Source: a virus | Strand: one strand, 5' to 3' | IMG/VR virus record: IMGVR_UViG_3300007538_000020 | Span: 1-64,000 of that record | Length of the DNA: 64,000 nt | Part shown: in pieces, positions 58,501 through 64,000 of the stretch | Position numbering within the stretch: position 1 is the first letter of the stretch | How the letters are laid out: the number at the start of each line of letters is the position of its first letter | The notes under the pieces: model-generated | Seen by the model: the letters and a program-made list of their open reading frames with translations, nothing else | The model's database searches: none | What the model was told of the DNA's origin: nothing | Program-made: the position numbers and the translations under genes

Positions 58501-61019
58501 TTTCCTTTTTTATATTTTACATCTTCTTCTTCATATACACTTTCATTATCTTCTAAAACAGATTCTTCTGTTTGACCACTAGTATCTATTACATCTGGGT
58601 CTGTATTTAAAGTAGGTTTAGTTTTAGTTTTAGGTTTAGCTTTAGCTTTAGACTTAGGAGGAGTCTTTGGTTTTTTACTTAACTCTTTTTCTAAATCTAT
58701 TACGCCTTCAGAAATTAATGTAGCAGCTTCAGCGAATAAGTCCTCATACTTATTCATTAAATCAATTTCTTCTTGTGTTAAATCTACACCTTTGAGTTGT
58801 TTGTCTATTATTTCTAATATTCTTCTTTGAGAAGGTTTTTCGTCAGTAGATGTTGTTGCATCTGATTCTTCTTCTGTATCTGTTTCTGATTCTTTTTGAG
58901 ACTGTTTAAAGTTTTCATACTTTAAATCTATTTCCTTTTTCTTATCTTCTGAAAGATTAGGATACATTAGTTTTAACTCTTCAAATAATTTATCTACAGT
59001 ATCAGCATCATTATTATTAATAGCTTCATCAAAAGAAATTTCTTTTTCTTTAATTACTTTATCAAAAGCATCTTTAACTTCTTTCTCTCTTTGGTCATTA
59101 ATATCTTTTTCTCTTTTAGTGGCATACTCAGAATCTTTTAATTTTCTATAATTATCTGTGTTGTTAGTTACTTGTATTTCAGATGCTAATATATTAGCTA
59201 CTTTTTTCTGTACATCTCCATCTATCTCATCTATTAAAAAATCAACTTCACCAAAAGGTTTATTAGTATCTTCTTTTATTTTTTCTTGTAAAGATTTTAA
59301 TTCTCTAGAATTAGATTCTAATTTAGATTGTAAAAATTCTATATCTTTTTCTGATAAATTCTTTCTGGTATCTTCCTCAGATAATACACCTTCAATTACT
59401 TTATTTTCGTTTAATAATTGATTACCTCTTATTACAGAATCTTTAATTAAATTATCTACATTAGATAAATTAGCTTTACTATATATATCAAATAAAGATG
59501 CTTTAGCTTTAGTTATAGTTTCTTTGTTAAGAAGTATATTAGCTAAGTTATTAAAAGCTTCTAATCTAACATTAGTTAATGAACCATCAAATTCATTAGT
59601 TACTTTATTCCAAGTATTTTCTATAATGTCTACTGCTTTTAGATATTCTCCTTTTTTATTTTTAATAACATTAGGATCTAATCCAGCTGCAACAGCTTCT
59701 TCCTCTGTCATATTGAACATCTCATCTAAAGTAGCTTTAAACTGTTCAATAGTTCCTTGTTCAGCATTATGAAATGCTAAGTTATATAACATTTTCTTTT
59801 GAAGTTGTTCATATTTAACTTCATCATTATTAGCTATAGCTTCTTGCATTTCAGCATAAAGTTTAGAATTTTTATTAAAAATATCTTTAACTTTATCTTT
59901 ATTTTTATTAGCAAATGCCATTGCTTTTTCTTCTTGCTGAGCATATGTAGGAGCACCTTTTATCTTTGATATAGCATCATTCAATTTTTGTCCTCCAGCC
60001 TCAAAAGCAACACCACCAACTGCACCTAATAGACCTGCTGTTAAACCTTCATCAGAAGTTAAATAATCCATAAACCTACTAGATATAGTAGTATCATCTT
60101 GAATATTTAAAGCATCTCTTTCATTATCTTTTGCTATAAAATCCATTAAAACCTCTTCACCATATTCACCAGCAGCGTTCATAAAATATTCTTTTCCTCT
60201 CTTTTTAATCCAAGGAGAAGCAGCATCAGCAAATCTAGAAGCAGTTTTAATTCCTCTCATTAAAGTATAGTATTGAGGAATTTCAAACATTAAATTTATT
60301 TTAGATTGGTATACTATATCCATAGCTTCATTTAAAGCTACTTCATTAGAAACACCTTGACTTAATAATGATTTATAAGTTTGAGAAGCATTTTGCATAG
60401 CTTCTACGTAATTCATTGAATAAGCACTAGTAAGAGCACTACCAAATTTAGTTGCGTTAGCTCCTAGTTTTAAAGCTTGTAATCCTAAAGAAGTAGCTCT
60501 ACCAATAGCCATACCAGGAACCATATAACCTAATGATTCTAATACAGTATCACCATTTCTCATCCACCATTCAAAAGATAATGGGTCAAACTCTTCACTA
60601 CCAGGAATAGATCTACTGAACTCTGGAAGTTCTTCATCTAATTTATCTTTTAATCCTCTTACTGATTCTGATACAGTGTTTGTAAAATCTCTTTCTAATC
60701 CTAATATTTCAGGAATATCTAATAGAAAACCTATTGATTCTGGTATAGTTAAAGCAGCCTTACCTATACCTCTTAAAGTCATATTACCTAATTTAGTTAG
60801 TCTAGATTGCTTTTCATTCAAATCTTCCATTATAGTAGAAGATGTAACATTGTTATAGTTTACACCATATTTATCTGCATACTTCTGTATTACAGGATCT
60901 AAAGTTACACTGTTAGGGTCTGGAAAATTAACCCTATCTATTTTAAATTGTTGTTTAGGATCTTGTAGAGGATCTAAACTGTTGTTAAAATTTATATCTT
61001 TAAATATACTGTTAGCCAT
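49548..61019 (-). CDS. Giant virion-packaged DNA-dependent RNA polymerase polyprotein (crAss-type)
   Basis: 3823 aa; catalytic GSDFDVDK (~52200-52224), RIPNQG, TDAQ, AVDNAK; HELLH zincin motif (~56571-56585). Confidence 0.9.
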   Translation of the reverse strand: MANSIFKDINFNNSLDPLQDPKQQFKIDRVNFPDPNSVTLDPVIQKYADKYGVNYNNVTSSTIMEDLNEKQSRLTKLGNMTLRGIGKAALTIPESIGFLLDIPEILGLERDFTNTVSESVRGLKDKLDEELPEFSRSIPGSEEFDPLSFEWWMRNGDTVLESLGYMVPGMAIGRATSLGLQALKLGANATKFGSALTSAYSMNYVEAMQNASQTYKSLLSQGVSNEVALNEAMDIVYQSKINLMFEIPQYYTLMRGIKTASRFADAASPWIKKRGKEYFMNAAGEYGEEVLMDFIAKDNERDALNIQDDTTISSRFMDYLTSDEGLTAGLLGAVGGVAFEAGGQKLNDAISKIKGAPTYAQQEEKAMAFANKNKDKVKDIFNKNSKLYAEMQEAIANNDEVKYEQLQKKMLYNLAFHNAEQGTIEQFKATLDEMFNMTEEEAVAAGLDPNVIKNKKGEYLKAVDIIENTWNKVTNEFDGSLTNVRLEAFNNLANILLNKETITKAKASLFDIYSKANLSNVDNLIKDSVIRGNQLLNENKVIEGVLSEEDTRKNLSEKDIEFLQSKLESNSRELKSLQEKIKEDTNKPFGEVDFLIDEIDGDVQKKVANILASEIQVTNNTDNYRKLKDSEYATKREKDINDQREKEVKDAFDKVIKEKEISFDEAINNNDADTVDKLFEELKLMYPNLSEDKKKEIDLKYENFKQSQKESETDTEEESDATTSTDEKPSQRRILEIIDKQLKGVDLTQEEIDLMNKYEDLFAEAATLISEGVIDLEKELSKKPKTPPKSKAKAKPKTKTKPTLNTDPDVIDTSGQTEESVLEDNESVYEEEDVKYKKGNIITFAYLHIEKNEDLEDVYDENGNLVINNLINNDLLDRDKILPGERFSIIIDEEYAKENNIEINSKNLHKIPYVIVDSNNKKVAYVHAFQNQVTSLDRIDPNIARLISEKNTKEAQKQLLELRTKLFDSLVTNNNPVTIEITDKNNGVFNKTDNYGSLVEKLGDGQTLDSDIAFGYADDVNALQIIGNPDLSDSEIDVSNVNKFKKGTVFALIPTFARGSKNPNKKVLMPWAVVPRQLDQNAIEKALYILQNWDRYDNPTELAKLGFPAEINSASKLLNYIVYNGNNSNNFKVVRDSKTKEIRIFTTKSSKGGWTTEYFTNKDESKIRELLSNLRYNILKGDYINMEFDNNQLVYKGKISNREFLGRNLTTNVKGLPYSESNPGKKYYNLQPVISFKVIDETSKKEESTYKPNNKEVLIPDTENTKFTNEDLEYVQTEKAVGNIAKKYPSILAEYKKDKQGFKNIREFAEAYINKALTNKNEPATKSVKPKAKPKPKAKPKPKPKTPPKTPPKGKSSGKTNPLGKVIDLDDVENPNDLFFIDSSVTFNSQLGNIHNIRQLTKLVGNEYDVLPELISKDPELSIIYDKILNNLKGNLPTFKYYYAQDKKIAKYNANTNTILINTKAIKKSSRDIEYVIVHELLHAALHKHTGNKDLQQLYKEAKEKIKDDKFNYALSSIDEFLSEAFSNKEFKERLKNTDKDKSVFDKFIDFIKSLFGISTKNNSIYELVDKHVSDILNYDNKYSNNKLNSEEKSYDLYENFLVPELSIFETDEILKSSSKVLLDFILRNPDKKIDEAVSKLKNILLETKEEIELLDSEDPILERYESILANDFNNPTFKKIVEKSIAYIKSLDKIITYSELLEDEYDEDLELDSIGSESYGREAFQVNPKDSASARMKKFLAFIPERIKNTKGAFENKVNIFNMTSYLPYDVVYNNLVLNLSNVPIEEIYDRLQELGRYNSMYHYIAEKLNEFKNSKNQDSVAVYKEFMSNFSKQHAKFVTAQFTKNDNNNTLRFIYSNRREANELIITNWYENFKNTNLNKNVKYSNNQLVYDLKRINKILENYRIIKDNQQSIEVKLSYLRPLLKDLGIDISPETISIIVNSPQLINRKYTATKFLSSVYRIFESLESIKEGDNAIDNNPFSKESNNIKMLSLAELLTNNNVYSTMFRNEEGKNIYSVFANHALSKKMRDLFNANSTFRLALNNSPFHKDSFITQKLNSGEWNSTNFEYAIFSNFNKIGDYGNGKPFKNLSPQEREITKLIGFMNEGNSTGWFISPTQSDKPTIPFIKMPKFRVSFVNNRLDSESLNNLYSIYISEFNRIREAHRLIDAIKTTTDPALKKRLESKLVLNYHYKKDKLSKDGEAFKFVIFPTLNKTSLSTENSTFLLTDPLYNPEVHKEQILNALNDIFIKLKEEKIKQLQKLNLVNNKGNILSKYIDVNYSKQKDKDIDLLDSYIYNSLLSQIVYSSLMDNDLAFTKNLDDASKRAAKNLAPGLDFFLEGSFRAAIVKDIYYPLKNKDKFLEDLKSIVKDKKTYDKLVEEYSKDMNGTDAQAIVTLDTYEKMLDGLGRLDKDYKRIINKIRNNQKLSNKDLYKVLGPLKPVYVEDVWDDTLKVYVPKYIKFSAFPLINELVNNNNFTQLKELKDKMENKDNPVDILFFESASKIGSQGIQPIVNENYELLDLDPDNINVLPWSGMRLQQEVPFDAEKNKVNLVSQARKLLFEALKEFDANAEEKKALFEDLHLYTVQENYRNLIVATLESYYDPETKRYQINNIDKFKEVILREAESRGFDENFLQALETLDNKFLIPLYLTPYSEQIESLLLSIFTNKLVKQKMSGKSFVQASNFAFNKVIDTESELFKNAKNKIQYIRDNSNSLDTLSIESETKIDWSRYKKENKNNYEVSSKGDKRFSALYAKLNDGRTIEEAYQLDVKGYRVQGNDWKLGKGKAPLNKMTKEESYQAYKSLWEQYLNENPDLEKDLYQKAKGKTLTDQFATTDISQARALSDILNERFNQKSNEEARTLPEGIYLPNIFKSYFSDINNIPEELLRVVGFRIPNQGHNLMVPLKIQGFLPPSMGDLVVVSPEMLKRMGSDFDVDKLYIYFKNVDPITKQVVKYSESLDEKDVENRYVEKVEELLALYLRENKSKLKTFSFYKKEYEKAIKSNKDTQRLLEDYAEQLEEAKTREEEDEIREKIELLNVKTLFLNKEFKEIEEDYITSKKSLINELINKKYIPDFETFKEQSPAAQNTLKARQNKIIDMYLDVLTNPKLLERMLKPNEIDVLKEVNDHYSQYDEQTEVISPFSSVTQDAYFESNVVGKTAVGITSLFSTFFSQAQYTNFALKTNDVIKGVKFKKDDSDELYTDVDLDKAGSYNNKELFGLFKLNKIRGVVNNTYISDILQIFQSAAVDNAKEQQLNKANLNIETLPTAMYIAISGIDDLSLIVGFLKQPAIVKYIEILKASKSSLNKYVKTTYEEEAEIQTINYFNNKIKELKGKPFTATDIGIFSKKGLENNLKINKNLESLNNQQKILFYEAQLKILHTYMQYSNTAAKLTEVINGLNIDTQSVGKNFTDLVKNINLSDKYRESTQLSEEAVKALPFRNVDDFYTKTFAGELMDKAYRPVISLYNNNSLYPYNSKLFYDINADILKSLGSDELSQKLSRDVKKALIQFLMTYKKNNLYSTEVTFDEYRKNILKGIGARLLKYKTDNPDNWLMQRMNIELADNKELFVDKITLNTNQLESTERIYGMKTVADMLSSDNAEEALLAKDLIAYSYLTTGGLRSSNGLSSIIPIEYLVSIGFGDAYNSKEFYSILNNNPINEIKMSKLFVQQFFRNNPNKAPEIVNGRFSKDKRTVSIDITKNTTPDTLLVTDFVKLYNKEKRRSELYMIYDETDTHRIFEKVNQLNNEYSMNSFLTKSVNEVAVEVPINKEETPTLNSDLLPTSSPFGSLLDPSQLTIDDLRDQITDEDMVEGDDCGPPPF

Positions 61020-63945
61020 TTAAAATATTGTTTATGTATTTTTGTGTTTCAAGAGGTAAAGCTGTTATATCTTTTTTATCGTATTTAATCCATTTGTCCA
61101 CATTACCTGTTCCCCAGTTATAAGCTGCTAAAGCTAAAACTTTGTCTCCTTTATATTTATCTAATAATGCTTCTAAATAATCTCTTCCTAATCTATATTG
61201 ATGTTTTATTTGTTCTTCAGCTGATAATTGTTCATAATTATCAGGAAGAGGTTTAATATTAAAACCAGGATTTTTACCTGTAGCTGACATTATTTGTGTT
61301 AGTCCAAATGCTCCTTTTTTAGAAACAGCAGATGGATCATAATTACTTTCTTGTTTCATCAAAGGTATCATTAATTCAGTAGCCATATTTTGATATATAT
61401 TATCTTTATTATTAGTTATAATTCCTGTGCTATCTTCTGTATTATCTTCGTTATCAAATATAATAGCCATTATGTTTTCTTTAGTAGGAACTATATCAGC
61501 AAATTTATCTTCAGTAGTTTGATTATTTGTTTGATTATCAGTTACTTTTTTTTTTTCGTTTTCAGCTGCCTGATTAAAGTTTTCTAAAAAATACTGAATT
61601 TGATTAGGAGAAAAACCATGTTGTTGAAGACCTTGTATAAAATAAGCTCTTTTTTGTTCAGCATCTAAATAAGGATTAGGTAATATTTCTGTTTCTAATT
61701 TATTTAAATCATAGAACATATTTAAAGCATCTAAAGTAGTATTAGCTTTTACTGTTATACCTTTATAAGTAACATCTAATTTACCTCCACTATCTTGATT
61801 ATTAAAAATATCTCTTGATAATTCTATTTTAGTATCTCCAACTTTAAATTCTGCGTATGTTCCTAAAGAATTTCTTAATTGATTTTCCATACTTTGAATA
61901 TATGAATAATCTAATTGACTTTGTAAACCTATTTCTTGTAACAATCCTACATCTTCAATAGGATATTCTATTTTAAGCTTATCATTAATAGCTATATCAG
62001 CCATCCATTTATTATCACCAGGATCATAAGTAAGAGCAAAACTAGCATTATAAAAATTATCAACATTTAATTTATCATCATCAACTTTATCTTTTTCACT
62101 TGCTTGTGAATTTTCATATAAAAATTTATTAACTAATTTTTTCTCATCTTCAGTTAAAGGTCTATTATCAGTAGTTCTAATTTCGTTAGAAGGATTAAAT
62201 GCTAAAGCAGTTTTAATTGTACTTATAACTCCTTCTCTTGCTCTTTTAGTATCTGGATTAAAGCCAGCAGGTATAACAAAAGATAAAGTAGAAAAAGAAG
62301 TAGCTTGTGTTAAATTATTTAATTTACCTACTATTTCTTTATACTGAGGAGAATAATTACTTAAATATTCATCTCTTTTTTTATTAGCGGCTTCTATTGT
62401 TTTATCACTTAGCTTTAAATCTTTTAAATCACTTCTTAATACAACATTAGTAGCTAATGGATAATAACCTGGTTTTATTTCTTCGAAACTGTCTACTACT
62501 TTTACAGGATGTGGCAGTAAAGGATTACCTGCATTACTTCTTTGTGCTCTATATAAAGTAATAGCTTCTTCTTCTAAAGCTTGTTCATAAACTTTATCAG
62601 CATTTTTTAATACTTCTGGATGTAAATCGCCATTTTTTAATTGTCTATTTAAATCTCCTAAAATTTGTTTTACTCCATTGTAAGTACTCCAATCTTTTTC
62701 TCTAATAGAATTTATAGGTAAAACAGAGTTAGCGTAAAAGTTATTATATGTTTGTTGTTGAGCTTGACTTAGATTATCATAATCTAAACCAGATACAATT
62801 AAAGATGTAAATCCTTTTCCATTATCTACATATTCAAAATTAACGTTAGGTATTTCTAATCCTTTATCTTGAAAAGCAGTTGTATATTGTGTACTTATTT
62901 CACTTATATATTCTTTATCTCTTTGTTCATTTGTTTCTGATAAAGCTTCTAAGTGTTTAGTCATTCCTTGAAAAGTATTAGCTGAACTTGGTAATAAAGG
63001 TTGTTGAGTTCTACTAGTAGCTATAGATGTTAAACTAGCAAAAGTACTTTCACTTGCTTTTTTACTACCACTACCACTACCATCTTTAGAAGGAGATACT
63101 TTTTTATTCATTTGTTCTGTTACAGAATGTTCATACATTCTTATTAAATTAACTCCTAAAACATCTTCTCTATATTTATTAATATCATATTCTAATCCTA
63201 AATCTTTTTCATAAGAAGCTTTTCTAAAAGCAAGACCTTCACCTTGACCTTCAAATAATGTATTAGTATATTCTTTATTATCACCTGTGATAAAATTAAG
63301 TAACATATCTTTATCTATGTATTCTTCTTGACCATATTCTCCTTCTTGATAATAATAAATTTCTCCATCTTCGGATTTACCTATTTTAAGGTCTGGAAAA
63401 TATGTTTTAATTTTTTCTAAAGAAGGTTTTAATAAATTGAAATGCCCTTGATATTCTTTTATCCAATCAGTTTTAGGTGTAAATTCATACCAAGATGGAT
63501 CAAAATCTTCACCTTTTTTTGTTTGTATATAATTTCCACTTTTATCTAAGTAATTAAATACAGCTCCTTTATTCTCTCTATTTATTTTTTCAGCTTCAGA
63601 TCTATATTTCTCATCATATAATATATTCTTATATTCAGGATTATTAGAAATCTCTCTGGCTAATGATTTTATGTTAGCCATTGCTTTAGATGAATTACCA
63701 GTTTTTTGAAGCTCTGTTAATATAGATTCTATTTGAGGATTATATTTCTCTTTAAACATAGTAGCTCTTTCACTAGTTCTATAACCTCCTTCAGGAAGTA
63801 GTTTAGCTAGTTCATCTGCAGTAGTATTAGCTTTATCAAAATCTGTTTGTTTTTGATTTAATGCTATAATAGCTTCTTTAAAAGGAAGCTCTGGTACTGG
63901 ATTTGGTATGTTATCTATTGATGGTAATTTAAAAAATCTAGCCAT
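61012..63945 (-). CDS. Virion/ejection protein with C-terminal SLT lytic transglycosylase domain
   Basis: QESNYDPSAVSKKGAFGLTQIM, ALAAYNWG.GNV, ETQKY. Confidence 0.87.
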   Translation of the reverse strand: MARFFKLPSIDNIPNPVPELPFKEAIIALNQKQTDFDKANTTADELAKLLPEGGYRTSERATMFKEKYNPQIESILTELQKTGNSSKAMANIKSLAREISNNPEYKNILYDEKYRSEAEKINRENKGAVFNYLDKSGNYIQTKKGEDFDPSWYEFTPKTDWIKEYQGHFNLLKPSLEKIKTYFPDLKIGKSEDGEIYYYQEGEYGQEEYIDKDMLLNFITGDNKEYTNTLFEGQGEGLAFRKASYEKDLGLEYDINKYREDVLGVNLIRMYEHSVTEQMNKKVSPSKDGSGSGSKKASESTFASLTSIATSRTQQPLLPSSANTFQGMTKHLEALSETNEQRDKEYISEISTQYTTAFQDKGLEIPNVNFEYVDNGKGFTSLIVSGLDYDNLSQAQQQTYNNFYANSVLPINSIREKDWSTYNGVKQILGDLNRQLKNGDLHPEVLKNADKVYEQALEEEAITLYRAQRSNAGNPLLPHPVKVVDSFEEIKPGYYPLATNVVLRSDLKDLKLSDKTIEAANKKRDEYLSNYSPQYKEIVGKLNNLTQATSFSTLSFVIPAGFNPDTKRAREGVISTIKTALAFNPSNEIRTTDNRPLTEDEKKLVNKFLYENSQASEKDKVDDDKLNVDNFYNASFALTYDPGDNKWMADIAINDKLKIEYPIEDVGLLQEIGLQSQLDYSYIQSMENQLRNSLGTYAEFKVGDTKIELSRDIFNNQDSGGKLDVTYKGITVKANTTLDALNMFYDLNKLETEILPNPYLDAEQKRAYFIQGLQQHGFSPNQIQYFLENFNQAAENEKKKVTDNQTNNQTTEDKFADIVPTKENIMAIIFDNEDNTEDSTGIITNNKDNIYQNMATELMIPLMKQESNYDPSAVSKKGAFGLTQIMSATGKNPGFNIKPLPDNYEQLSAEEQIKHQYRLGRDYLEALLDKYKGDKVLALAAYNWGTGNVDKWIKYDKKDITALPLETQKYINNILNG

Positions 63946-64000
63946 TATCCTTCTAATTTTTTACCTTTATATGTAATGTTACCTAATGCATCAATATCAA
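63945..64000 (-). CDS. 3' end of an upstream gene (truncated by the window)
   Basis: Open frame ...DIDALGNITYKGKKLEG* whose TAA overlaps the next ATG. Confidence 0.6.
   Translation of the reverse strand, partial: DIDALGNITYKGKKLEG

Noticed and set aside
49164-61587. Short ORFs nested in the giant minus-strand genes (e.g. 55984-56286, 56830-57273)
   Set aside because: Shadow frames; the GL-rich one merely mirrors the KPKP linker
575-63945. Stop-codon reassignment (TAG=Gln or TGA=Trp), common in Crassvirales
   Set aside because: Late genes up to 3823 aa are uninterrupted in code 11; TAG and TGA end normal genes; no suppressor tRNA is present
1-64000. CRISPR array, DGR (RT/TR-VR), integrase, inteins
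   Set aside because: No repeat-spacer periodicity, no RT or integrase motifs, and no intein-sized insertions with C...HN junctions seen in NrdJ, PolB or DnaB

Overview
This 64-kb window is a large part of a very AT-rich crAss-like (Crassvirales-type) phage genome. The host is probably a Bacteroidota, judging from TTTG-N20-TAnnTTTG promoters and A-rich, SD-less start regions. Standard code 11 fits all long ORFs. Layout: (i) 1-570 is non-coding, with a leftward host-type promoter and a repeat-containing putative RNA. (ii) 575-~11000 is a + strand early region of small ORFs separated by long G-U-rich hairpins, a twister-type self-cleaving ribozyme and an RNA-gene cluster. That cluster holds a tmRNA with an unusually long 38-codon tag, tRNA-Leu(UAA) split by a plastid/cyanobacterial-trnL-type group I intron carrying an HNH endonuclease, tRNAs Lys/Arg/Ile2/atypical CAT, a pseudo-tRNA and three unassigned structured RNAs. 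(iii) ~11000-45650 is a + strand metabolism/replication module: a radical SAM plus FETNSSSTHS-motif partner, class II RNR, PolB, SF2 helicase, DnaB, AAA ATPase, primase, Ung split by a LAGLIDADG group I intron, nucleases, and several (d)NTP hydrolases. A phiEco32-like amidoligase system (two COOH-NH2 ligases, ATP-grasp, class I and II glutamine amidotransferases, GGCT) is interleaved with these genes. (iv) After a bidirectional terminator, 45721-64000 holds - strand giant virion/ejection proteins. These include a 3823-aa virion RNA polymerase (DFDVD) with a zincin motif and an inserted NADAR-like domain, and an SLT lytic-transglycosylase protein. All calls come from visual motif recognition; no database searches were run.
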